A DNA stretch of 64,000 bases. It comes from an uncultured delta proteobacterium (GTDB taxonomy: Bacteria; Myxococcota_A; Polyangia; Polyangiales; Polyangiaceae). Positions 53,152 to 62,072 of this stretch are shown piece by piece (the first letter of the stretch is position 1; each line of letters begins with the position of its first letter). The notes under the pieces were generated by a model. It saw nothing but the letters and a program-made list of their open reading frames with translations. It was not told where the DNA came from and made no database searches. A program made the position numbers and the translations under genes. Where the stretch lies: the NCBI GenBank assembly GCA_963806225.1, contig CAWDXG010000004.1, positions 3,072,001 through 3,136,000 on the forward strand. The letters run 5' to 3'.

Positions 53152-54021
53152 TCAACGCCAGGCGGGGACGCGATCGAGCAGGCGGCGCTCGCCGATCTCG
53201 CCGCACAGGGCTTCGAGGCCGGCGCGGTCGGCCCCGCGCCACTTCATGTCGCCGAGAGACTCGTCGAGCGCTACGTCGGTGCGGAGTGTGGCGAGACGGC
53301 GGTAGAGCAGCGCTTCCGTTCGCTTTAGAGCGAGGTTCTGCGCGAGCGCGGCGGCGCCGCGGACCTTCACGTCCCAGTCGGCCTCGCTTTCGGGGATGGC
53401 CTCCAGGTGCTCGTAGCGGGCGAGCACCGCGGCGGTCGACTTGGCACCCCAGCGCGGAATGCCGGGCAAGCCGTCGGCGCTGTCGCCGACCAGCGCGAGG
53501 TAGTCGGGGATGGACGCAGGCGGCACGCCGAAGCGCTCCGCGACACCGGACTCGTCGGTGACGCGCCTGCGCATGCGATCGAGGCACACGACCTTCCGGC
53601 CGCGCACGCACTGGGTGAGATCCTTGTCGGGCGAACAGATAACGACCTGCTCGACACCCTGCGCGTCGGCGAAGCGCGCCGCGGCGGTGGCCAGTGCGTC
53701 GTCGGCTTCGAACTCGACCATGCGCCAGCACACGATGCCGAGCGCCTCGCAGGCGCGTTCGGCGAGCGGGAACTGGGACAGCAGTTCCGGATCGATGCCC
53801 TCGCCCGTCTTGTAGCCGTCGAACAGCTGGTTGCGGAATGATTCGATCACGTGGTCGAAAGCGCAGCCGACATGCGTGACGTCCGGTTCGCGCAGCAGCG
53901 AGAGCAGGCTGGCGAGGATCCCGCGGGTCGCGCCCACCTCGTGCCCGTCGGCGACGGAGGAAGGCGCGCCGTAGTAGGCGCGGAACAACTCGTAGGTGCC
54001 GTCGACGAGATGGAGCTTCAT
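53152..54021 (-). CDS. Stand-alone 5'-3' exonuclease / flap endonuclease (PIN plus H3TH)
   Basis: HLVDGTYELFR, YKTG, EADDALAT, SPDKDL, LVGDSADGLPGIPRWGAK. Confidence 0.92.
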   Translation of the reverse strand: MKLHLVDGTYELFRAYYGAPSSVADGHEVGATRGILASLLSLLREPDVTHVGCAFDHVIESFRNQLFDGYKTGEGIDPELLSQFPLAERACEALGIVCWRMVEFEADDALATAAARFADAQGVEQVVICSPDKDLTQCVRGRKVVCLDRMRRRVTDESGVAERFGVPPASIPDYLALVGDSADGLPGIPRWGAKSTAAVLARYEHLEAIPESEADWDVKVRGAAALAQNLALKRTEALLYRRLATLRTDVALDESLGDMKWRGADRAGLEALCGEIGERRLLDRVPAWR

Positions 54022-55307
54022 GACCCGCTTCGCGCGCCGGACTGCGCTAGCCTGAGCCCGAGCGGGACCTGGCGGATTTCCGGCAGGTAGAAGTTGCGGA
54101 AACAGGAGCGTGCGATCTCCTGCTCTGTCAGGAAGCTGCCGCCGCGCGCGACTCGATGGCGACCGTCGAACCAGGGCTGGCTGTAGCCCTGGTACGGCTG
54201 CGACGAGAAGCCCGGATACGGCTGGAACACGTCGGCCGTCCACTCCCACACCCCGCCGGCCATGTCCTCGACGCCCGACGCGGCAGTGCCTTCGCCAACC
54301 TCGCCGGGCAGCGTGGCATCCAGGGTCGCGAGCCCGAGATTTGCGGACGCACCCGGGGCGTCGCCCCAGGGCCAGCGGTTCTTCCGCCCCCGCGCTGCGT
54401 CCCAGCTCGCGGCATGCTCCCACTCGGCTTCGCTGGGCAATCGCGCGCCGGCAAAGCGCGCAAAGGCCTGGGCCTCGTGCCACGACACGTGACAGACCGC
54501 GCGCTCGGGCTCCACCGGGCGCACGCCGCCGAGCGAGCGGCGCTGCCAGCCGTCGCCTGTCTGCTGCCAGAAAAGCGGGGCCCGGACGGCGTGCTTCCGC
54601 CTCCACTTCGCCCCTTCAGGGGTCCACAAGCGGTCGTCTTCGTAGCCGCCCGCGCGCATGAACTCGAGCCACGACGCGTTTTCGACGGGGCGGCGCATGA
54701 TGCGGTAGTCGACAAGCGTGATCTCGCGCGCGGGCCGTTCGTTGTCCCAGGAATCGGGATCGCCGTCGACGCCCAGCACGAAGCGCCCACCCGCCAGCGG
54801 AACGAAATCGCGCTCTGCCGACCCAGGCTGTATCCGCGGCGGAGCTGATTCCAGGTAGAGCTCTCCGAGCAAGCGCACGACGCCGATGATCTCGGCGTGC
54901 TGCCGCTCGTGGTTGGCGAGGAAGCGGAACACGTAGCCGCCGCCGAGAAGCTCGTCCCCGGCATCGAGATCGGCGCGCTGGAGCAGCGCCAGGGTGCGCT
55001 CCCGCACGTGTTCCGCATAGGCGAAGAGCTCGACCGGCGTTGCCAGGCGACGGCCGCGTTGCTGCTTCACGCTCTCGAAGGAATCGAAAAGGTCATCCAG
55101 CGAGGCATCGATGGGCGGCTCGCCGCCCGCGCGGCGCAGCGCCCAGCACTCTTCCTGCCAGGCCAAGTGCCCCACGTGCCAGCCGATAGGGGAAAATAGC
55201 GGGTCGTACTGCCGCCGCAGCTCTTCTTCGCCGAGCCCCTCCGAGAGGCGCAGCGTCGTCGCGCGCGCCGCTTCGAGCGCACGCGCGAGCTCGGTCCGGA
55301 GATTCAC
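54018..55307 (-). CDS. egtB: Ergothioneine biosynthesis sulfoxide synthase (DinB plus FGE-like domain)
   Basis: SPIGWHVGH, HERQHAE iron ligands, RLPSEAEWE, GGVWEWT, YQGYSQPWF, FRNFY; egtC/egtD context. Confidence 0.9.
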   Translation of the reverse strand: MNLRTELARALEAARATTLRLSEGLGEEELRRQYDPLFSPIGWHVGHLAWQEECWALRRAGGEPPIDASLDDLFDSFESVKQQRGRRLATPVELFAYAEHVRERTLALLQRADLDAGDELLGGGYVFRFLANHERQHAEIIGVVRLLGELYLESAPPRIQPGSAERDFVPLAGGRFVLGVDGDPDSWDNERPAREITLVDYRIMRRPVENASWLEFMRAGGYEDDRLWTPEGAKWRRKHAVRAPLFWQQTGDGWQRRSLGGVRPVEPERAVCHVSWHEAQAFARFAGARLPSEAEWEHAASWDAARGRKNRWPWGDAPGASANLGLATLDATLPGEVGEGTAASGVEDMAGGVWEWTADVFQPYPGFSSQPYQGYSQPWFDGRHRVARGGSFLTEQEIARSCFRNFYLPEIRQVPLGLRLAQSGARSGS

Positions 55308-56097
55308 GAAAGCGCCACCCGGCGGGGCGGCGAGCCGCGCTCCACGACGAGCAGCGTGTCCGTCGGCACCTCGGTCCAGGCCGTGCTGTCGTCCAGCGGC
55401 TCGGAAGCGATCACCACGCCGGGCGCCAACGGCGAAGGGCCGGCCGAAAGGAAGAGCGACGGAGCCTCCGCGCCCAGCGAGCTGCGCGCCGCGACCAGCT
55501 GCTCGCCATCACTGACGAGCAGGGTCAGGAGCGCCTGCGTGTCCGCCTGGCGCGCGAGCTCCGTGACGCGCGACAGCGCCCCCTGACGGCATCAGCAAGC
55601 CGCGTCGGTGCGGGGTCGAAGCGAGCGTATTCGTCGAGCAGCACGGCGAACACGTGCTCCGAGTCGGTATTGCCGCGGAGCCGCTCGTGCGATTCGTCCC
55701 CGAGCGACTCGCGCAGGCGACGCGCGACCTTCCTGTCGAACGCGCTGATGAAACCGTTGTGCAAAAAGGCGACCCTCCCGGCAGCGAACGGCTGCGTGTT
55801 CGCGAGCGACAGGCTGAGCGGATCCGTGGAGCTGCGGACGGCGGCCAGCATGCAGCCCGAACGGGCCGCGCGGCAGATGTGCCCGCGGTTCACGTCCGCC
55901 CAGATGGGCGCTGTCGAGCGATACAGACACGGCTCGGGGTCGCCGTCGAGATACCAGCCGGCGCCCCAACCGTCGGCGTTGACGAGGGCGCTCTGCAGCT
56001 TCGGCTCGTAGCTCTGCCTTTCGAGTGAATGGGGAGGCGCTTCCACCAGCGACGCGAGCGTCGCGGTGCGCCCGAGGTAGCCGAGCATGCGGCACAT
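55304..56097 (-). CDS. egtC: Ergothioneine biosynthesis amidohydrolase (class II GATase; frameshift near 55585)
   Basis: MCRMLGYLG, NADGWGAGWY, AAVRS, NTQPF, HNG, TDSE, ASEPLDD. Confidence 0.88.
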
Positions 56098-56249
56098 GGC
56101 CGGCCATGATAGGCGCGACGGCTTCGATTCGCAGCGTTTTGACTGGAAAACAGCCGGGTTGCACTCATACTGCGCGGGACCTATACGACAATGCCGCGCA
56201 ACCTGACCACCCGGCGAAGGCCGCGAGTGGACCGAGGGGTTTTTCATGT

Positions 56250-57269
56250 TTAGTTACCGACAGCCCGCTGGATCGCGCCCACGCACCCACGCGGAAGCGC
56301 CACGACCGCCTGACGGTGGACGTCCATCTCCAACCGGGCTCGAACTCCACGATCGCCCGCGACGTGCTCGAGGGCCTGGGCAACTCGCCGAAGACACTGC
56401 CGCCGAAGTACTTCTACGACGACACCGGTTCACGTCTCTTCGATCGCATCTGCGACACGCGCGAGTACTACCAGACGCGAACCGAGCATGCCCTGCTCGA
56501 ACAGGTCGCGGACGACCTGATGGGTGGACTCGAACCTTCCGATCTCATCGAGCTGGGTAGCGGCGCTGCGCGCAAGACGCGTGTTCTGCTCGACGCGGCG
56601 GGCCGCGCGGGAGTTCGTTGTCGGTACGTGCCGTTCGATGTGAGCGAGAGCATGCTGAGGGACAGCGCAACCAAGCTGCTCTCCAGCTATCCGTGGCTCG
56701 GCGTCCACGGCATCGTCGGCGACTATGACCGCCATCTGGGCCAGCTCCCGCCGGGCGATCGCCGCTTGGTGGTGTTCCTCGGCAGTACCATCGGCAACTT
56801 CGCTCCCGACGAGGCCGTGCTGTTCCTCACGCGGGTCGCCCGACAGCTTCATGCGGGTGATCGCCTGCTGCTCGGCACGGATCTGGTCAAGGACCACGCG
56901 GTGCTCGACGCGGCCTACAACGACTCGGAAGGCCTCACGGCGGAGTTCAACAAGAATGTGCTCCGCGTGCTCAATCGCGAGCTCGGAGCGAGCTTCGATC
57001 CGGCCCGGTTCGAGCATGTGGCCTTCTTCAATGCGGAGCAGAGCCGCATCGAGATGCACCTCGAGGCCCGTGAGGCGCACCGGGTGCGGATTGCGAAGCT
57101 CGACATGGACGTGGGCTTCGAGCGTGGCGAGTCGATCCGGACCGAGATCAGCCGCAAATTCACCCGGCAGAGCGTGGCGGACCTGCTTGCGGCGGCCGGT
57201 TTGGAGCTGATCGAGTGGCACACGCCGGAAAACGGCTATTTCGGGCTCTCGCTGGCGCGGCCGCGGTAG
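56250..57269 (+). CDS. egtD: L-histidine N-alpha-trimethyltransferase (start uncertain)
   Basis: KTLPPKYFYD, EYYQTRTE, ELGSG, FLGSTIGNF, AYNDSEG, RIEMHL, TEISRKF. Confidence 0.93.
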   Translation, partial: LVTDSPLDRAHAPTRKRHDRLTVDVHLQPGSNSTIARDVLEGLGNSPKTLPPKYFYDDTGSRLFDRICDTREYYQTRTEHALLEQVADDLMGGLEPSDLIELGSGAARKTRVLLDAAGRAGVRCRYVPFDVSESMLRDSATKLLSSYPWLGVHGIVGDYDRHLGQLPPGDRRLVVFLGSTIGNFAPDEAVLFLTRVARQLHAGDRLLLGTDLVKDHAVLDAAYNDSEGLTAEFNKNVLRVLNRELGASFDPARFEHVAFFNAEQSRIEMHLEAREAHRVRIAKLDMDVGFERGESIRTEISRKFTRQSVADLLAAAGLELIEWHTPENGYFGLSLARPR

Positions 57270-57405
57270 CTGACGGCCCGTCACCTGTGCCGCCCGGACC
57301 CATCGGGGGGCTCTGCGACGCTATCCCCTCTTGCGCTCCCGTGCCGGTGCGGGAAGAATGGCGCGCACGCGTCGTGAGGGGCGCGTCACACCTCAAGGCT
57401 TTGTC

Positions 57406-57999
57406 ATGCGCTCCGTACGTACCTATCTCTTCCTGACTGCTCTCGGATTCTCGGTCGTGGGCTGCACCCTCGTCACCGAGGTCGACCGCAGCAAGATCAA
57501 TCAGCCCGATGCGTCGGCAGCCGGCGGAGCCGCGGGCACCGGCGGCACGGCGGGCACTGGCGGAACCGCAGGCACCGGCGGCACGGCGGGCACTGGCGGC
57601 ACGGCGGGCACCGGCGGCACGGCGGGCACTGGCGGAACCGCGGGCAGCGGCGGCACCGCGGGCACTGGCGGAACCGCGGGCAGCGCGGCGGCACGGCGGG
57701 CACCGGCGGCACGGCGGGCACCGGCGGCACAGCGGGCACCGGCGGCACAGCGGGCACCGGCGGCACAGCGGGCACCGGCGGCACAGCGGGCACTGGCGGA
57801 ACCGCGGGCACCGGCGGCACGGCGGGCACTGGCGGAACCGCGGGCACTGGCGGCACGGCTGGCACCGGCGGCGCGGCGGGCACCGGCGGCACGGCGGGCA
57901 CCGGCGGCACGCGACGCCGGCACCGGCGGCACGACCGACGCCGGCACCGGCGGAACCGACGCGGGAACCGATTCCGGCGCCAGCGACGCCTCCATCTAG
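57406..57999 (+). CDS. Small lipoprotein made mostly of (GGTAGT)n repeats (frame slips inside the repeat)
   Basis: Lipobox VVGC-TLVTEVDRSKI, GGTAGT repeats, tail DAGTGG..DASI. Confidence 0.65.
   Translation: MRSVRTYLFLTALGFSVVGCTLVTEVDRSKINQPDASAAGGAAGTGGTAGTGGTAGTGGTAGTGGTAGTGGTAGTGGTAGSGGTAGTGGTAGSAAARRAPAARRAPAAQRAPAAQRAPAAQRAPAAQRALAEPRAPAARRALAEPRALAARLAPAARRAPAARRAPAARDAGTGGTTDAGTGGTDAGTDSGASDASI
57523..57910 (+). repeat. 18-bp tandem repeat, about 21 copies
   Basis: Units such as ggcggcacggcgggcacc and ggcggaaccgcgggcact. Confidence 0.93.
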
Positions 58000-58007
58000 A
58001 GCCGATC

Positions 58008-59489
58008 TCACGGCATGGGCTTCACGGACACGTCGAGCACGTGGTCGCTCGAGCTGCCCTGACCGCACTGCACGGACACGAGACCGTACTCACCCACCGA
58101 ATAGCCGGCCGCCGCGCCGTCGCACGATACGCTGGTCGGTTTGCCGAGGAGCGGCGCGACGGCGATCAGGTGTGGTGCTGAAACGCCGGGATCCGCGCGG
58201 AACTTCAGCTCGAAGTTCCCCTGGGCCCGGTCGAAGCCAAAGCTCTCGGGCCAGCCCGCCACGCGTGCCGGCCGCACGCGCGCGAGCGCCTTCTGCAGAG
58301 CGCCTCGTGCCGTCCAGCTTCCGCTGGCCGCGTCGTGATCGAAGCAACCCCAGCTGCCCTGCGATTCCTCCTTCCACAACCAGAAGAAAGATGACGCCCC
58401 GTACTCCTCCTGCAGCTCGCTCTGCCAGGTGATGTAGTCACCGGCAACCGCGAGCCCCGGGTCGAAGCCCCACTCGGTGATCACGAGCGGAGCGTGCCAG
58501 GCGTCGGCTTCGCGGCGGGCGTTGTCGTTCGAGCGGCGGAGGTTCTCCTTGGTGAGCTTGGCCGGCACGGAAGTGAAGGCGTAGGTGTACACGTGGGGTG
58601 CGTACGCGCTCATCGGGCCCAGCGGCGTGGACGGCAGCGACGCCTTGTCGGTGAGGTTGCGCGTGACCGGCGGCTCGAACAGATACAGCTTTTCGGGCGC
58701 TGCTGCGCGGATCCGCGCGTAGGCTGCGTCGTTCAGCCGCTTGATGCCGGCGTCGTCGGCCTGCGGCTCGTTGAAGATCTCGAGGCCGACCACCGAGGGA
58801 TCGTCCTTGAAGCGGTCGATGACGTGTTCGGCCATCGTGACGAAGCGCTCGCGGAGCACGGTACCCTCGGCCGAGGCACCGAAGAAGGTGCTGAAGGCGT
58901 CGGTTACCTGCTGGCTGAGACGCCGATCGCCCAGATCCGTGAGCGGTCCGCCGAGGAGCTTCGTCGGCGGTGGCTGTATCGCCCAGAGCGGGGCTCCGTC
59001 CTCCCCGATTTCCTTGGAGTACGCGTCCTGGTGCAGATCGAGCAGCACGACCAGCCCCGCGGAGGCTGCGTCGTCGACCGCCTGGGCCACGCGATCGAGA
59101 TAGGCCTCGTCGAAGCCTCCGTCCGCGCTCGGCTCGACGCCGCTCCAGTTGACGGGAAGCCTGAGCGCGTCGAAGCCGAAGTCACGCATCCTCCCAGCGT
59201 CCGTGGCGTCGAATACCGGGATCGCCTCGAGCGGCTGCCGGCCGTCGTCGAAGCTCACATCGAACACGCCGTCGACGCGCGCGTTGACTCCGCGGAGGAA
59301 CACGACGCGCCCCTTTGCATCGACGAGCTGTCCGCAGTGCACGCCGAACGGCGCCCCGCTCGTCGGAGGTTCGCTACAAGGTGCCGTGCTTCCGCGCTTC
59401 GCGCCCACACTCCCGGACGAACAGCCGAACAGAAGCGACGTCGCCACGAGACAGATCGAAGCGCGCGTCATACGTGACTTTCTTCGCAT
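58008..59489 (-). CDS. GH5 endoglycoceramidase-like lipoprotein
   Basis: Lipobox LFGC; LRGVN, RLPVNWSGVEP, LDLHQDAYS, FNEP, APHVY, ITEWG. Confidence 0.85.
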   Translation of the reverse strand: MRRKSRMTRASICLVATSLLFGCSSGSVGAKRGSTAPCSEPPTSGAPFGVHCGQLVDAKGRVVFLRGVNARVDGVFDVSFDDGRQPLEAIPVFDATDAGRMRDFGFDALRLPVNWSGVEPSADGGFDEAYLDRVAQAVDDAASAGLVVLLDLHQDAYSKEIGEDGAPLWAIQPPPTKLLGGPLTDLGDRRLSQQVTDAFSTFFGASAEGTVLRERFVTMAEHVIDRFKDDPSVVGLEIFNEPQADDAGIKRLNDAAYARIRAAAPEKLYLFEPPVTRNLTDKASLPSTPLGPMSAYAPHVYTYAFTSVPAKLTKENLRRSNDNARREADAWHAPLVITEWGFDPGLAVAGDYITWQSELQEEYGASSFFWLWKEESQGSWGCFDHDAASGSWTARGALQKALARVRPARVAGWPESFGFDRAQGNFELKFRADPGVSAPHLIAVAPLLGKPTSVSCDGAAAGYSVGEYGLVSVQCGQGSSSDHVLDVSVKPMP

Positions 59490-59578
59490 CGTGCGCCACA
59501 ATATCATTGGGCAGGACGCGTCGGTCGCGGCGGCGAGCAACGCTTCCCGACTGCGTGGAATGCCCTTCGGCAGCCCCA

Positions 59579-60577
59579 ATGTCCGTCGGTCCGCACAAAG
59601 CCTTCCATCTGTATCGCCGCGAGTTCCTGGCCCTGCTCGGCACCTCGGCGGCAGCGAGCCTTTCGCCTGCGCGGGCGCTGGCCAAGCCGGAAAAGGCCCC
59701 ATTCAGGCAGCTTGATCTGCACCTTCCTGGCTATGCCGACCTGGCTCGCCGGGCTCTGGTGCTGGTGCCCGGAAACCTCGACCCCGCGCAGAAGCACCCC
59801 GCCGTGGTGCTCTTGCACGGATATGGCCAGGCGCTCCACGGCTCGCGCACGGCGACCGAGGCGTGGCGCGACGACTACGGTGTGGCGCGCGCGTACGGCA
59901 GGCTCGACCACCCACCGCTGAAGCGCGTCTTCCACCACGGCCACTATCTCAGCGACTCGCGACTCGCGGCGCTGGACAAGCAGCTCCAGCAGCAGCCCTT
60001 CGAAGGACTGGTGCTGATCTGTCCGGTCACGCCCATCCCCTACTTCCACAAACGATCGGGACCCATCTTCCGGAACTACGCGAGGTGGGTCGACAAGGTG
60101 CTCCTGCCCCACGTCCGGACGCGGGCGCCGGTCAGCGACGACCCGAAGCGAATCGGGCTGGCCGGGGTGTCGATGGGCGGACACGTCGCCATGGAGCTGT
60201 TCTTGCGCAAGCCCAAGCTGTTCGGTGCACTGTCGCTGATCCAGGCCGAGCTCACCCGCGGGTCGGCCTGGCACTACTCCCGACGCCTCGAGTCGACGCT
60301 CAAGCGCGTCGGTGCGCGCCCGATCCAGGTGGTCACGTCGACGCGCGATCACTACCGCTACGCCAACGAGCTGTTCCACCGCCAGCTCGCCAGCCGGGGC
60401 GTGGCCAACAGCTTCCAGGTCGACTACGGCCCGCACACTTCGAGGTGGATGGTCGAGGCCGGTTCGATCGAGACGCTACTCTGGCAGGATCGCGTGCTGC
60501 ACGCGCCGGAGCCGCACGAGCCGGTGCCGGAGAGCCCGGGTGTGGCTGGAACGCCACACTCAACGTCGCAGGCCTGA
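59579..60577 (+). CDS. Tat-exported alpha/beta-hydrolase (esterase family)
   Basis: RREFL twin-arginine signal; LLHGYG; GVSMGG; GPH. Confidence 0.8.
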   Translation: MSVGPHKAFHLYRREFLALLGTSAAASLSPARALAKPEKAPFRQLDLHLPGYADLARRALVLVPGNLDPAQKHPAVVLLHGYGQALHGSRTATEAWRDDYGVARAYGRLDHPPLKRVFHHGHYLSDSRLAALDKQLQQQPFEGLVLICPVTPIPYFHKRSGPIFRNYARWVDKVLLPHVRTRAPVSDDPKRIGLAGVSMGGHVAMELFLRKPKLFGALSLIQAELTRGSAWHYSRRLESTLKRVGARPIQVVTSTRDHYRYANELFHRQLASRGVANSFQVDYGPHTSRWMVEAGSIETLLWQDRVLHAPEPHEPVPESPGVAGTPHSTSQA

Positions 60578-60632
60578 GTCGGGTGTCCTGCCGCGGCGCG
60601 TTGTCCGGCGGTTTTTGACGGCCGCCACAAGC

Positions 60633-60648
60633 TGGCACACCCTCTGCT
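60633..60648 (+). promoter_or_regulatory. Probable sigma54 promoter
   Basis: TGGCACACCCTCTGCT (GG-N10-GC), 22 bp upstream of ATG 60670. Confidence 0.6.
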
Positions 60649-60669
60649 TGTCCCTTCTCCGGAAGACCG

Positions 60670-61548
60670 ATGCAGCTGAATCCGTTCCAACCGCTCGGCG
60701 CGACCCTTTTCGGGGCTGCCCTGCTCCTTTGCGCCTGCTCGAGCAGCGTCACCGACGCCTCCGGCAGCGCGCCGCTGAACCCCGAAGGACCCGTCGCGCA
60801 CAACGCCGCGGAGGCGTTCCCCGACGAGCCGAGCGGCGTGCCGGCGCTGTCGAACAGCGAGATCCTCCAGGCCTGCCTCGCCGCAGCCGACTGCGTGCCG
60901 AACCAGTACACCCAGGAGCAGATGCTCGGGCTCGTCCAGCTGTGCGTGCACGACGTGACCTTCTCCGCGGAGCGGGCGATCCCGATGAGCGGCTTCGCCA
61001 ACAACAACGAGCGAGCCGAGTACTTCGTGAAGTGCACGCTCGATAACGCCGGCAACTGCCCGAGCGTCGAGGCGTGCCGCACCGAGCGGCTGCCCGACAT
61101 CAGCTGCCAGGAAGACGGCTGCCGCATCCCGCGCGATACGGCCTCCAAGGTCACCTGCAACGGCGACATCGCCACCCTCGCGATCGGCGCTGCGAGCACG
61201 CACCGCGACTGCTCGCGCGCCTTCGCCCAGTGTGATCCCTCGAGCCCCACAGGCTGCACCGACCGCCACTACACCAGCTGTCCCGAGGGCGTCACGAAGG
61301 CGGATCGCTGCGACGGCGACGTGCGACTCGGCTGCGACGGCGCGGGCCAGGTCAGCTATCACGACTGCACGCGCATGGGCGGCAAATGCGGCGCGACCCC
61401 GAGCGGCGCAGAGGGTTGCGTCTATCCGGACGTGGACCCGGCCTGCCAGGCGAATCCTGAACCGGACCCTCGGTGTGTCTCGGGATCGATCCAGATCTGC
61501 GTCAACGGCCAGCAACTGACGCAGGCTGCACCGGGGGTCTGCAAGTAG
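60670..61548 (+). CDS. Cys-rich lipoprotein
   Basis: Lipobox LCAC; more than 20 Cys; repeated CxGD..C modules. Confidence 0.75.
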   Translation: MQLNPFQPLGATLFGAALLLCACSSSVTDASGSAPLNPEGPVAHNAAEAFPDEPSGVPALSNSEILQACLAAADCVPNQYTQEQMLGLVQLCVHDVTFSAERAIPMSGFANNNERAEYFVKCTLDNAGNCPSVEACRTERLPDISCQEDGCRIPRDTASKVTCNGDIATLAIGAASTHRDCSRAFAQCDPSSPTGCTDRHYTSCPEGVTKADRCDGDVRLGCDGAGQVSYHDCTRMGGKCGATPSGAEGCVYPDVDPACQANPEPDPRCVSGSIQICVNGQQLTQAAPGVCK

Positions 61549-62058
61549 TCAGCGTCGCCGGCGCATTCCGACCAGAAGCACGAACCCGGCGAGCGCGGCG
61601 AGCAGAGCCCCCAGGCCGTGGACCCCGGAGCGCGGCGCGATGTGCGCGCCGCAGCCGTAGGCCGGGCCTTCGTTGCACACGTTGCCGTTCGCGCCGCTGT
61701 TGGGATTGGTGCCGTCCTTCAGCTCCTTTATGTCGGGCACGCCGTCGCCGTCGCTGTCGATGGGCGGATTCGCCGACTCCAGGGTCTTCTCGGCGGCGCG
61801 CAGGCCGTCCGGGCTCTGGCCTCTCAGGCCCGCGCCGTACATCGACAGACCGAACGGCTTGTCCACCGTGTACAGGCCGCCGTTCTGGTCGCGGTGACAG
61901 AGGGTGCACGGCGGCGCGCAGGGCATCCCCAGGTCCTTCTGGAGCTGCCCGGGATAGGTGGGGCTCGCACTGGCGGGGCGGGCCGGAAGCAGTACGAAAA
62001 CCGCGGCGAGCAGGCCGGCGAGAGCGGCCGGGCATCCTGACATGTTCCTGATATCCAT
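61549..62058 (-). CDS. MYXO-CTERM surface protein with one CxxCH heme motif and a Ca-binding DSDGDG repeat
   Basis: Signal peptide ASA|S; CTLCH; DSDGDGVPDIKELKDGTNPN; YGCGA..hydrophobic..MRRRR. Confidence 0.75.
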   Translation of the reverse strand: MDIRNMSGCPAALAGLLAAVFVLLPARPASASPTYPGQLQKDLGMPCAPPCTLCHRDQNGGLYTVDKPFGLSMYGAGLRGQSPDGLRAAEKTLESANPPIDSDGDGVPDIKELKDGTNPNSGANGNVCNEGPAYGCGAHIAPRSGVHGLGALLAALAGFVLLVGMRRRR

Positions 62059-62072
62059 GGCTCTCGCTCCGG

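Noticed and set aside
54018..55307. Selenoneine (SenA) or ovothiol (OvoA) synthase
   Set aside because: No senB/selD neighbours and no fused C-terminal methyltransferase; the egtC/egtD context supports EgtB.
57523..57910. Possible CRISPR array
   Set aside because: Contiguous 18-bp coding repeats with no unique spacers and no cas genes.
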